Shown in pieces: positions 48,086 to 57,379 of a stretch of 64,000 nucleotides of DNA. Every line of letters starts with the position of its first letter. Within the stretch, counting starts at the first letter, position 1. Origin of the DNA: Alphaproteobacteria bacterium (GTDB taxonomy: Bacteria > Pseudomonadota > Alphaproteobacteria > Futianiales > Futianiaceae). Below the pieces are notes generated by a model. The model did not search any database. It saw nothing but the letters and a program-made list of their open reading frames with translations, and was not told the origin of the DNA. A program made the position numbers and the translations under genes. The stretch spans positions 1,249,252 to 1,313,251 of the forward strand of contig OZ242016.1 of NCBI GenBank assembly GCA_965204825.1. The letters run 5' to 3'.

Positions 48086-48153
48086 CCTCTCCAAGCTTCA
48101 GGGTGGTGATCCCGGCGACTATGTCGCGATACTGGACTAGAGTCTGTTGACAA

Positions 48154-48540
48154 TCACCGGGCAGCGTTGAGCATTGCGCAGAGGTGCCAGTTGGCCGCGT
48201 AGCTGGTATCTGTTTTGTCGTATCGCGTTGCCATCCCCCTGAATTCTTTGATCTTTGCGAAGTAGTTTTCAATCAGGTGACGCCACTTGTACATGTGAGT
48301 ATCGTAGTCTCGTTGCACTTTCCGGTTCGATTTGGGTGGAATAACCGCAGTTGCGCCGCGCTCATCAAGGTCTTGCAGGAGCCAATCGGCGTCGAAGGCC
48401 TTGTCGGCCAGCAACGCTGCGAAGGAGACATCGTGGATCAGGGGGGCAACCCCCTTCATGTCGTGCGCTTGCCCCGGCAGAAGCAGAAAGCGGAACAAGT
48501 TGCCGAGCGCATCGACCAGGGCAACGATTTTGGTCGTCAG
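48154..48540 (-). CDS. IS5/IS427-group transposase OrfB (DDE part), probably expressed by a programmed -1 frameshift from OrfA
   Basis: ...GQAHDMKGVAPLI...ADKAFDADWL...GATAVIPPKSNRK...RHLIENYFAKIKEFRGMATRYDKT is the IS5 DDE C-terminal signature. Its frame overlaps the OrfA 3' end. Confidence 0.7.
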   Translation of the reverse strand: MTTKIVALVDALGNLFRFLLLPGQAHDMKGVAPLIHDVSFAALLADKAFDADWLLQDLDERGATAVIPPKSNRKVQRDYDTHMYKWRHLIENYFAKIKEFRGMATRYDKTDTSYAANWHLCAMLNAAR

Positions 48541-48923
48541 CCCGCCGCGAGAGCGTCCGATGGCTTGATTCCGTGTCCCCCTTTTGCGCCCGAAGCCTTC
48601 TGATGGGCCTGGACAATCGTTCCGTCGATGAGAGCATATTCAAGGTCTGGCTCGTCGCTTATGGCGTTGAAAAGTCTCTCGAACACACCGGCCTTTGCCC
48701 ATCGACGAAATCGTTTGAAAACCGAATTCCAGTTGCCGAAATCCTGGGGCAGGTCACGCCAGGGAGACCCTGTTCGCACACGCCAAAGTACGGCCTCCAT
48801 GAACCGACGGTTATCCCGACCGGTTGCTCCCGGGTCCCCGGCCTTACCGGGTAACAGGGGCGCAATCTTCGCCCAGAGTTCATCTGAAATCACCAAACGA
48901 TCTTCGTCCATCCAAACCTCCAT
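48537..48923 (-). CDS. IS5/IS427-group transposase OrfA
   Basis: MEVWMDEDRLVISDELWAKIAPLLPGK...RFMEAVLWRVRTGSPWRDLP is the typical IS5-family InsH-like N-terminal HTH. Confidence 0.75.
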   Translation of the reverse strand: MEVWMDEDRLVISDELWAKIAPLLPGKAGDPGATGRDNRRFMEAVLWRVRTGSPWRDLPQDFGNWNSVFKRFRRWAKAGVFERLFNAISDEPDLEYALIDGTIVQAHQKASGAKGGHGIKPSDALAAG

Positions 48924-49083
48924 TTTCGAAGCTTGAATAACAGTTCAGGCCAAATCGCAACCCCGAATGTCAACAGGCCCTAGAATTACCGGCATTACTG
49001 ATCCCATCCGCGATCATGGGCTTGTTGATATTTTGCGGGCCAACCGATACCAACGCGGCGCAAGAACAGACGGGGCATGACGC

Positions 49084-50376
49084 ATGTCGGATCGGTTGAG
49101 GGACAGGGCCTTTACGGCGCTGTCGGCATGGGGGTTTTACGGCTGGTGGATACTGGGTGTGGCGGCGCTGGGCATCTTTGCTTCGGGCCCCGGCCAGTCC
49201 CACACGTTCAGTGTCTTTGTCGGCCCGATATCGCAGGATCTCGGCGTCACCCCCACCGCCATCGCCTCGGCCTATGCCTTTGCCACCATGGCCGCCGCCT
49301 TCGGCCTGCCGTTCATGGGCCGCCTGACGGACCGGTACGGGCCACGCACCATGTTGCTGATTGTAACGGTCCTGCTCGGATTTGCCTGCATGGCGTTCGG
49401 GGCAGCGGCAAACCTGATCATGCTGGGGCTCGGCTTTGCCGCCCTGCGCTTCCTCGGCCAGGGATCGCTGATGCTGAACTGCGCCAATCTGGTGTCCCAG
49501 TGGTTTGACCGCAAGCGCGGCTTCGCCATGAGCCTGATGGCGATGGGGTTTGCGGTCTCGATCGCGATCCATCCGCCTCTCGGCCAGATGCTGATTGAGG
49601 CCCATGGCTGGCGCTCGGCCTGGGTGATTCTGGGCCTGGTGACCTGGGCCGTCCTGTTGCCGCCGGTCTGGCTGCTCATTCACAACAAGCCGGAGGAAAT
49701 GGGGTTGGAGCCCGACGGCGGCGACGCTGCGACCGGCATCCAGCTGGGTCCAAAACCGGTTGGCGCCGGCATCGGCCTGACCCTTGATGAAGCCCTGCGC
49801 ACCCCGGCTTTCCACATCGTCGTCGGCGGGATGTTTTCCATGTCGATGCTGGTCACAGTGCTGCATTTCTATCAGGTGACGATCTTTACCGCCCAAGGCC
49901 TGGACCCAGGATTCGCCGCCCGAGTCTTTCCGATTTCCGCGGTTGTCATGGTGGCCTTCATGCCCTTGGTCGGGCGCCTCCTGGACAGTATCCGCACCCG
50001 CTTTGCCTTTGCCATGGCGCTGTGTGTCCAGTCCGCTTCTCTCCTGACCGCGACCCTGGTGACCGACCTGACCACGGCCAGCATCTACGCCGCGACCTTC
50101 GGCCTCAACAACGCCTGCGTCATGACCTTTTTCGGCTATGTCTTTCCGCGCTATTTCGGCCGCAAACATCTCGGCTCGATCCAGGGCACCGGCCAGACCG
50201 TTATCGTCATCGGCGCCTCCCTCGGCCCACCCCTGATCGGCTACACCGCCGAGTTCACCGGCGGCTACGGCCTGCCTTTGCGCACCGCAGCCCTCCTGCC
50301 CCTCGGCTTCGCGGTCGTTGCGGCGCTGTTTCTCAGGACGCCCGCGCCGATGGACACACATGTGGAGCGAGATTGA
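49084..50376 (+). CDS. MFS transporter
   Basis: It has 12 predicted TM helices and MFS motifs (GRLTDRYGPR in loop 2-3). Confidence 0.8.
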   Translation: MSDRLRDRAFTALSAWGFYGWWILGVAALGIFASGPGQSHTFSVFVGPISQDLGVTPTAIASAYAFATMAAAFGLPFMGRLTDRYGPRTMLLIVTVLLGFACMAFGAAANLIMLGLGFAALRFLGQGSLMLNCANLVSQWFDRKRGFAMSLMAMGFAVSIAIHPPLGQMLIEAHGWRSAWVILGLVTWAVLLPPVWLLIHNKPEEMGLEPDGGDAATGIQLGPKPVGAGIGLTLDEALRTPAFHIVVGGMFSMSMLVTVLHFYQVTIFTAQGLDPGFAARVFPISAVVMVAFMPLVGRLLDSIRTRFAFAMALCVQSASLLTATLVTDLTTASIYAATFGLNNACVMTFFGYVFPRYFGRKHLGSIQGTGQTVIVIGASLGPPLIGYTAEFTGGYGLPLRTAALLPLGFAVVAALFLRTPAPMDTHVERD

Positions 50377-50532
50377 GTATAGCGAAACGGTTCGACACGT
50401 TATCGGGGTGCGACATAAAAGGGAGATTGCTCCAATCCTCGCACAAACTCATCGAGTCGATTTATGCTAAATAGCCCTGTGACCATCTCTTATGCCAAGA
50501 CAACCTTGCCGGTTGTGTGCTAAAATTCAGCC

Positions 50533-50754
50533 ATGAACAAAGCGACAGAAAAATTCAAGAAGGCGTTCGAGGAGCTTCCCGAGGAAATACAGGAAGGCCT
50601 TGGCATTTCGTTTCTGGAACAGATCGAAGAATGGACATCACCCAGTCAACAGGTCGAAGAAGGTTTGACCGCAATCGATCAGGGAGATGTCGTGCCGTTT
50701 GAAAATGCCGAAACTTTTCTGACGCGAATGCACAAGAAATATGGCGCCGGCTAG
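50533..50754 (+). CDS. small hypothetical protein (73 aa), possibly ParD/RelB-like antitoxin-fold, with no adjacent toxin
   Basis: The C-terminus AIDQGDVVPFENAETFLTRMHKKYGA resembles the ...GEGIPAEEVFARLRAKY tail of ParD/CC2985-type antitoxins. It stands alone between the MFS gene and nadA. Confidence 0.3.
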   Translation: MNKATEKFKKAFEELPEEIQEGLGISFLEQIEEWTSPSQQVEEGLTAIDQGDVVPFENAETFLTRMHKKYGAG

Positions 50755-50843
50755 CTATCGTATCGTCAAAATATCAGAGAGATCATGGATTTGTGAGCAG
50801 TTATTTTGAGTTCAGTCAAATAGATCGATTTACAGCTTGAATT

Positions 50844-50860
50844 ATGCTCAATTTGAGCAT
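50844..50860. promoter_or_regulatory. perfect inverted repeat ATGCTCAA-T-TTGAGCAT 18-34 bp upstream of nadA; candidate operator of the NAD biosynthesis operon
   Basis: The inverted repeat is seen directly in an AT-rich intergenic region. A related half-site TTGAGCAT recurs at the nadA 3' end (~51928). Confidence 0.3.
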
Positions 50861-50877
50861 ATACACGGACCAATGAA

Positions 50878-51945
50878 ATGCGACAGGATAGGAGGGCATC
50901 CCCCATGGTACCGACCCCCGCGAAGTATGACCTGAAGCTGACGCCGACGGCGAAAAAGACAACGGCCGCGATCTATCAGAAGATCAAGGATATTATTCCC
51001 GAGGCGGAATGGGATTATTACGCTCCTTACGTCCACAAGATCAACCAGCTGAAAAAGAAGAAAAAAGCGGTCATCCTAGCGCATAACTATATGACGCCGG
51101 ACATTTTCCACACCGTGGCGGATTTTGCCGGCGACAGCCTGCAGTTGGCGGTCGAAGCATCGCGCACCGAGGCCGACATCATCATCCAGTGCGGCGTACA
51201 TTTCATGGCCGAAACCTCGAAACTCCTGAACCCTGAAAAGACCGTGATCATTCCGGATATGAAGGCGGGCTGTTCGCTCGCCGCCTCGATCACCGGGGCA
51301 GACGTAAAACTGATGCGGGAGAAATATCCCGGCGTGCCGATCGTCACCTATGTCAACACCTCGGCCGATGTGAAGGCTGAAAGCGACATCTGCTGCACCT
51401 CGTCCAATGCGGTCGCCATTGTGGAGGCGATGGACAGCAATATGGTCATCATGATCCCGGATCAGTTCCTGGCCCGCAATGTGGCCAAACAAACTTCGAA
51501 GAAGATCATCACCTGGGCGGGTGCGTGCGAGGTGCACGAGCGCTTCACCCCGGCCGAGATCCGTGCTTATCGCGCCGCCAATCCCGGCATTGCCGTGCTG
51601 GCGCACCCCGAATGTCCGCCTGAAGTAGTGGCCGAAGCGGACTTCTCCGGGTCGACCAGCGCGATGATCGCCAAGGTCAAGGAAGACAAGCCCGCGCGCG
51701 TTCTGATGGTCACCGAATGTTCGATGTCCGACAATGTCGTCGCCGAAGTGCCCGAGACCGAATTCGTGCGCCCGTGCAATCTCTGCCCGCACATGAAGCG
51801 AATTTCCCTGCCCAATATCCTGGCCGCGCTGGAAGCCATCGGCAAACCGGGACTGGCCGAACTGGAGGTTGCCATCGAGCCGGAACTGGCCGAGCGGGCT
51901 CGCGCGGCGGTGGAACGGATGATTGAGCATAATAAGAGTCACTGA
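50878..51945 (+). CDS. nadA: quinolinate synthase NadA
   Basis: ILAHNYM...VHFMAET...CSLA...TYVNTSA...CTSSNAV...ECSMSDNV are canonical NadA motifs. The true start may be the internal Met at 50905. Confidence 0.9.
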   Translation: MRQDRRASPMVPTPAKYDLKLTPTAKKTTAAIYQKIKDIIPEAEWDYYAPYVHKINQLKKKKKAVILAHNYMTPDIFHTVADFAGDSLQLAVEASRTEADIIIQCGVHFMAETSKLLNPEKTVIIPDMKAGCSLAASITGADVKLMREKYPGVPIVTYVNTSADVKAESDICCTSSNAVAIVEAMDSNMVIMIPDQFLARNVAKQTSKKIITWAGACEVHERFTPAEIRAYRAANPGIAVLAHPECPPEVVAEADFSGSTSAMIAKVKEDKPARVLMVTECSMSDNVVAEVPETEFVRPCNLCPHMKRISLPNILAALEAIGKPGLAELEVAIEPELAERARAAVERMIEHNKSH

Positions 51946-52023
51946 GGGCACGAGCCCTCAGTGTTTTTCTTGACCTACCGCCGATCGGCTATTTGAGGCG
52001 GGACAAGATCAGGGATACTCTTC

Positions 52024-53613
52024 ATGGCAGAACCTGACACCATCGGTGTCGGAGACGTGCTGATCGTCGGGGCTGGCCTGGCCGGTCTCTTCACTGCGCT
52101 CAAAATTGCCCGCGAACGGCCCGTTACCGTGCTCGCCGCCGCGCCTCTGAACGAGGGCGCATCGAGCGCCTGGGCACAAGGCGGTGTCGCTGCGGCGCTC
52201 GGCGACTGGGACAGCGCCGCGTCCCATGCCGAAGACACAAACATCGCCGGCGCCGGGATAAATGATCGCGCCATCGTCCAGCTACTGACCCAAAGCGCGT
52301 CGAGACGGATCGAGGACCTGTTGACCATCGGCGTTCCGTTCGATACCGACGAAGAAGGTAATCTGGTGATGGGGCGCGAGTCGGCCCACTCGGAACGCCG
52401 CATCGTCAAGGTCAAGGGTGACAGGGCGGGCCGCGAGATCATGACCGCTCTGGTCGAGGAGGTCGGCCGTAATCGTGACATCACCGTGATCGAAAACATG
52501 ACCGCGACCGAACTAGTCACCCATGACGGCCATGTTGCCGGTGTCTTTGCCGCGCCCATGGGCCGCGACACGCAAGTCTTCGTCAAGGCCCGGGCCGTGG
52601 TGCTAGCAACCGGGGGCCTTGGTCATCTCTTCCAGATCACCACCAATCCCATGCCCATTCGCGGCGAGGGGCTGGGCATGGCGGCCCTGGCCGGCGCAAC
52701 CATCGCCGATCCCGAGTTCGTCCAGTTCCATCCGACGTCGATGGATGTGGGCAAGGACCCGGCGCCCCTGGCGACCGAGGCGCTGCGCGGCGAGGGCGCG
52801 ACCTTGCACAATTCAAAGGGCGAGCGCTTCATGCTGGCTCTTCACGAAGATGCCGAGCTTGCCCCACGCGATGTGGTCACACGGGGCATCTTTGCCCAGA
52901 TCCAGGCCGGTGAGCGGGTGTTTCTGGACACGCGCAAGGCTGTCGGCCCAAGTATCACTGAGCGCTTTCCCACGGTTTACGGCTATTGCCAGGATGCCGG
53001 CATTGATCCCGCGGCCGAGGCAATTCCGGTGACGCCTGCCCAGCACTACCACATGGGCGGCATCCTGACCGACGCGAACGGCCGGTCTGCCCTGCCCGGC
53101 CTGTGGGCGGTGGGCGAGGTGACATCGACCGGAGCGCACGGCGCAAATCGGCTGGCTTCGAATTCGCTGCTGGAGGCGATCGTTTTCGGACACCGGGCTG
53201 CCGAGGACATCTTGCAGGCCGATCTAGCTCCGACCATCGATTTCACGCCGAAACCTTCCCTGAAGATGAATCGGGCCGCCGTACGGCGCTGTCTACCGGC
53301 CCTGCGCCAGATCATGACCCGCTATGCGGGTGTCCTGCGGTCGGGCGAGGGGTTGCGCGCCGCGATCCGCGAGATTGCCGTGCTGGAAGCAGAAACCGAC
53401 TATGCCGCGCCATTCGTCAATATCGCCACGGCCGCCAAGCTGATCGCCACGGCGGCGTTGCTTAGAACCGAGAGCCGGGGCGGTCATTTCCGTACCGATT
53501 ATCCCGATGCCGACCAGGCCCAGGCCGAACGCACCATATTCGACATCCGCCAGATGCACGCTGTGAAAGAAACCGTTCTGGATGCCCATGCCGGGGAGAC
53601 CACCGGCACATGA
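52024..53613 (+). CDS. nadB: L-aspartate oxidase NadB
   Basis: DVLIVGAGLAGL (FAD motif), ...AQGGVAAAL... and the C-terminal RESRGGHFRTDYP fit the fumarate-reductase/succinate-dehydrogenase flavoprotein family. It overlaps nadC by 4 nt. Confidence 0.9.
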   Translation: MAEPDTIGVGDVLIVGAGLAGLFTALKIARERPVTVLAAAPLNEGASSAWAQGGVAAALGDWDSAASHAEDTNIAGAGINDRAIVQLLTQSASRRIEDLLTIGVPFDTDEEGNLVMGRESAHSERRIVKVKGDRAGREIMTALVEEVGRNRDITVIENMTATELVTHDGHVAGVFAAPMGRDTQVFVKARAVVLATGGLGHLFQITTNPMPIRGEGLGMAALAGATIADPEFVQFHPTSMDVGKDPAPLATEALRGEGATLHNSKGERFMLALHEDAELAPRDVVTRGIFAQIQAGERVFLDTRKAVGPSITERFPTVYGYCQDAGIDPAAEAIPVTPAQHYHMGGILTDANGRSALPGLWAVGEVTSTGAHGANRLASNSLLEAIVFGHRAAEDILQADLAPTIDFTPKPSLKMNRAAVRRCLPALRQIMTRYAGVLRSGEGLRAAIREIAVLEAETDYAAPFVNIATAAKLIATAALLRTESRGGHFRTDYPDADQAQAERTIFDIRQMHAVKETVLDAHAGETTGT

Positions 53614-54470
53614 GCGCAGTCCCCGCCCTGCCCCGCGTAATGATCGAACCGGTCGTGCGCGCAGCCCTGCTGGAAGACCTTGGCCGGGCCGGCGACATTA
53701 CCGCCGACGCCACCATTCCCGAGGGGACAGAAGCCATCATCGCCATGGCCGCGCGCCAGGACGGTGTCGTTGCCGGCATTGATCTGGCCGCGATCGCGTT
53801 CGAACTGATCGACCCGGCCCTGAAGATCGACACCCTGATCGCCGATGGCGGCGCGGTGACCAAAGGCGACAAGGTGATGCGTGTTTCCGGCCACGCCCGC
53901 GCCATCCTGGCGGCAGAACGGGTCGCCTTGAACTTTGCCGGGCACCTGTCGGGTGTCGCGACCCTGACCAACACCATGGTGAAACTGGTCGAGGGCACCG
54001 GCGCCCGTATAGTCTGCACCCGCAAGACCACGCCGGGCCTGCGCGCCTTGGAAAAACGCGCCGTGCGCCTTGGCGGCGGGGCCAATCACCGCCTCGGCCT
54101 CGACGACGCCATCTTGATCAAGGACAACCATGTCGCCGTCTCAGGCGGCATCACCGCAGCGGTCACCCGCGCGCGCGAGGCCATTGGTCATCTGGTGAAG
54201 ATCGAGGTTGAATGCGACACCCTTGACCAGATCGCCGAGGCCGCTGGCCTCGGCATCGACGTGATCATGCTCGACAATATGGGGCCGGATCGATTGCGCG
54301 AGGCGGTCGCCCTGATCGATGGCCGCGCGGTGTCCGAGGCTTCCGGCGGTATCGCCGCCGAAACCGTCCGCGCTGTGGCTGAAGCCGGCGTCGACTATAT
54401 CTCCTCCGGCGCCATCACCCATTCGGTCCCGACGCTGGATCTGGGGCTCGATTTTGAGAAACTCAGGTAG
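53610..54470 (+). CDS. nadC: nicotinate-nucleotide pyrophosphorylase (carboxylating) NadC
   Basis: It has QPRTase type II family motifs (...RVALNFAGHLSGVATLT..., ...TRKTTPGLR..., ...GGGANHRLGLDDAILIKDNH...). Confidence 0.9.
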   Translation: MSAVPALPRVMIEPVVRAALLEDLGRAGDITADATIPEGTEAIIAMAARQDGVVAGIDLAAIAFELIDPALKIDTLIADGGAVTKGDKVMRVSGHARAILAAERVALNFAGHLSGVATLTNTMVKLVEGTGARIVCTRKTTPGLRALEKRAVRLGGGANHRLGLDDAILIKDNHVAVSGGITAAVTRAREAIGHLVKIEVECDTLDQIAEAAGLGIDVIMLDNMGPDRLREAVALIDGRAVSEASGGIAAETVRAVAEAGVDYISSGAITHSVPTLDLGLDFEKLR

Positions 54471-54584
54471 AAACGCGCATCATTCAGGGGCTCGCAAAGC
54501 GAGAGCCCGGAAACACTTGAATTGGCATGAAAGGCTAAGCGATTCCGGGCTCCGCCTGGCGGCGGCCCCGGAATGACGGCACAA

Positions 54585-55127
54585 TTACCGCAGCGAGGCC
54601 ACCTGGCGTGGGTCGCGATAGAAGATGTGGCGACCGATTTGACGGGTGCGTTCCAGTTTCACCGCCCAGAAGGGATGCACATAGTCGGCGTGGTAGTGGG
54701 TCGCCAGTTCGGTGATCTCGATGGTTTCGCTGCGCATTACCGACAGTGCGACATCGTGCGACCGGTTCCAGGCATTGGGTTCGGCCGGAATATCTTTCTT
54801 ACCGTCGCAGGCAAAGGAAAACTGGCAGCGATGACGCCGGCTTTTGCCCTGGAGGACGACACCGCAGATGGTCTCTGGATAGCGCGAACTGCGAACCCGG
54901 TTCATCACCACTTCGGCAACGGCGACCTGGCCGGCGAGATCCTCGCTCCGCGCCTCGAAATAGATCACCTGAGTCATGCAGGTCAATTCCGAAGGCACGG
55001 GCGCTTCCACAACACTTGTCGTCCAGCCCGCGGCCACAGCCGCTCCGGTTCCGACAAACACCAGAAATCCAAGCGCCAAAACCCACAATCGGGCTAGGCG
55101 AACGTTAATGCAGGAGAATGCCCCCAT
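54585..55127 (-). CDS. SleB-like cell wall hydrolase domain protein
   Basis: VIYFEARSEDLAGQVAVAEVVMNRV...YPETICGVV...QFSFACDG matches the Hydrolase_2 (SleB) family. An N-terminal signal or TM is present. Confidence 0.7.
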   Translation of the reverse strand: MGAFSCINVRLARLWVLALGFLVFVGTGAAVAAGWTTSVVEAPVPSELTCMTQVIYFEARSEDLAGQVAVAEVVMNRVRSSRYPETICGVVLQGKSRRHRCQFSFACDGKKDIPAEPNAWNRSHDVALSVMRSETIEITELATHYHADYVHPFWAVKLERTRQIGRHIFYRDPRQVASLR

Positions 55128-55304
55128 AACCCCAACCAATCTGTTCTTCAGCCATCCAGGAGCGCCCGTCGGGCGCCCCGAATTGTTGTCATTGCAATGT
55201 CGAGCACATGTTTTTGGTGCTCTTGTATCATTGCGATCTACTAACGTTATCAAATCAGTTGAGCGAATCAAGCAGAATATGGCGAGAATATGTTTCATAT
55301 TCGT

Positions 55305-56186
55305 TCACGTCTGAGTCCCTGCATAACCGAGTATAGCGATTCCGGCGATAATCGTACCAATTGCACCCCATTGTGAAGAACTTACGGGTTCTTTCAGGAT
55401 GATCCGGGCCAACAGCACGGTGATTGCGGTAAAGGCGGAGAACACAACCGGCGCCACGGCCCGGCCCACGCCCTGGCTGCCTGCCAGCACCGCCCAGCTG
55501 CCGCCGGTTTCAAGAATTCCGTGAAATATCAGAAGGATGGCCCAAAACATGGTTAACCCTTCCAACCCGCCTCCGCCGCGTGCCAAACGCGCCACCAAAA
55601 TGATTAAAATGATACATACCGGCACAACCCGGCTTATCAGGGTTGCCAGTGTGGCGCCCAGTTCCACTGCCGCCTCCTGGGCCACGATCAGGCGCACGGC
55701 GATCACCAGCATGGCCGCAAACGCGATTCCGAAGGTCGCCCAGACGTGTTCGGGCGTGTAATCGGACTGCCGCCACCGAGCCATGGCGCCCAAGGATACG
55801 GCACCGACCAGGGTGACGATAATCCCGATCCATTGCAGAACCAATGGTGAAATTCCCAGAAAGCCCCAGAACAATGCAACCAGGGCGGGATGCGCGGCCA
55901 CCACGGGCGAGGCAATGGCGACAGGCCCCCGCGCCAGGGCAAGATAGAGCATTGAAAGCCCGGCCAGGCCGAATATCCCCGACAGGATGGCCAGGCCCCA
56001 GGCACGGACGCCGGCCTCGGGAATGCCGCCCCAGAAATAGAGGCCGACGCCGAGAAAAATCGACCCTATCAGATTGGCCGAGAACACCGCGAACAACACG
56101 CCGAACCGGCGCGATGTAAACCACGCAATAAAATCGCCGGTCCCGATCCCGACGGCACCAACCAGCCCCCAAAATACACCGATCAT
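55305..56186 (-). CDS. DMT-superfamily (EamA-like) transporter
   Basis: It has 10 TM helices in a duplicated 5+5 EamA pattern. Confidence 0.75.
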   Translation of the reverse strand: MIGVFWGLVGAVGIGTGDFIAWFTSRRFGVLFAVFSANLIGSIFLGVGLYFWGGIPEAGVRAWGLAILSGIFGLAGLSMLYLALARGPVAIASPVVAAHPALVALFWGFLGISPLVLQWIGIIVTLVGAVSLGAMARWRQSDYTPEHVWATFGIAFAAMLVIAVRLIVAQEAAVELGATLATLISRVVPVCIILIILVARLARGGGGLEGLTMFWAILLIFHGILETGGSWAVLAGSQGVGRAVAPVVFSAFTAITVLLARIILKEPVSSSQWGAIGTIIAGIAILGYAGTQT

Positions 56187-57115
56187 TGCGGTTGATCCCG
56201 GGCCAGCAAGCCCGCCAGCCGGGCAGTATCGCCGAACGGGTCTTCGCCGGTCAGCGCGGCAATCTCGCGGTGGAGCCGACGTGCGCCATCACGGCCGAAC
56301 ATCTCGCGGACGGCAAGCCGGGTCCAGCCACGCGCCATTTCCCGGCGATCGCCCTGCAGCGTACCGCCTTGTTCCAGATTTTCACGATGGGCTTCAATCG
56401 CGTCCAACACATGGTCGACGCCCAAGCCGCTGATTGCCGAGACCTGCAATATCTGCACCTGGCCGGCATCGCTCAGCGATAGCGCCCCCTCCACATCGGC
56501 CTGGGCCCGCTGGGCCATCACGCCCATATCAGCCTTGGTCACCAGCGCGATATGGGGCACCTCCATGATGCCAGCCTTCATGTATTGCAGCGCATCGCCC
56601 GAACCCGGCTGGACGCAGAAAATCACCGTGTCGGCAACGCCGGAAATCTCGGTTTCCGACTGACCGACACCGACGGTTTCAACGATCACCCAGTCATAGC
56701 AGGCCCGCATCAACACGCTGGCCGCCACCGTCAGGCTGGCCAGGCCGCCGAGCCGGTCGCGCGCCGCCATGGATCGCATGAAAACACCACTGTCCTCGGG
56801 ATCGGTGACGATCCGCGTCCGGTCGCCAAGTAAGGCGCCGCCGGTGTGTTTCGAGGACGGATCAACGGCAATCACACCGACGCTCAGCTCGCGGACACGC
56901 CATTCGGCGATCATCGCATTGACCAATGTTGATTTGCCGACCCCCGGCGGACCGGTCAGGCCGATCACATGCCCTGCCCCGTTCCGGAAGGCTGTATCCA
57001 ACAGGGCGATCAGTTCGGCATCGAAGCCGCCCCGGGTTTCCATTTCCTCAACCCGGGCCAGCACTTCGGCCAAGGCGCGCTTGCCGCCCTGTTGCAGTTC
57101 AGCAAGAGTCATCAT
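56183..57115 (-). CDS. meaB: methylmalonyl-CoA-mutase-associated GTPase MeaB (ArgK family)
   Basis: It has GLTGPPGVGKST (P-loop), IAVDPSS and the MeaB/ArgK family layout. Confidence 0.85.
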   Translation of the reverse strand: MMTLAELQQGGKRALAEVLARVEEMETRGGFDAELIALLDTAFRNGAGHVIGLTGPPGVGKSTLVNAMIAEWRVRELSVGVIAVDPSSKHTGGALLGDRTRIVTDPEDSGVFMRSMAARDRLGGLASLTVAASVLMRACYDWVIVETVGVGQSETEISGVADTVIFCVQPGSGDALQYMKAGIMEVPHIALVTKADMGVMAQRAQADVEGALSLSDAGQVQILQVSAISGLGVDHVLDAIEAHRENLEQGGTLQGDRREMARGWTRLAVREMFGRDGARRLHREIAALTGEDPFGDTARLAGLLARDQPQ

Positions 57116-57351
57116 GCCGAGACAGTTTGAAAAATCGCCACGTAAATGATCCCGGCGACCAGGCACACAATCCCCGCCAACACCAGATCGGTGCGGGTTC
57201 GCCGGGCGAACATTGCGGGATGTCCCTTCAGGGCCGAAACCTGGATCACGCCAATGAGCAGAAGGATCGCCGACAGGGTGCCCGAAACGCCGAACCCGCC
57301 AAAGAAGGCCCCGGCAATCGCCACGACCAGAAAGAACCCGAACCGCTCCAT
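57112..57351 (-). CDS. small 2-3-TM membrane protein (79 aa), hypothetical
   Basis: MERFGFFLVVAIAGAFFGGFGVSGTLSAILLLIGVIQ... lies between meaB and ppdK on the same strand. Confidence 0.4.
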   Translation of the reverse strand: MERFGFFLVVAIAGAFFGGFGVSGTLSAILLLIGVIQVSALKGHPAMFARRTRTDLVLAGIVCLVAGIIYVAIFQTVSA

Positions 57352-57379
57352 GGCGCCCGCCGTCCGCGCCGGGCGCGGA

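Larger units (their letters stand above)
48140..48980 (-). mobile_element. IS5-family (IS427-group) insertion sequence (~840 bp) inserted at CTAG with a TA duplication
   Basis: The terminal IRs are GAGTCTGTTGACAATC at the low end and GGGCCTGTTGACATTC read as the reverse complement of the high end. CTAG is present at both junctions (48137-40 and 48980-83). It holds two overlapping transposase ORFs. Confidence 0.8.
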
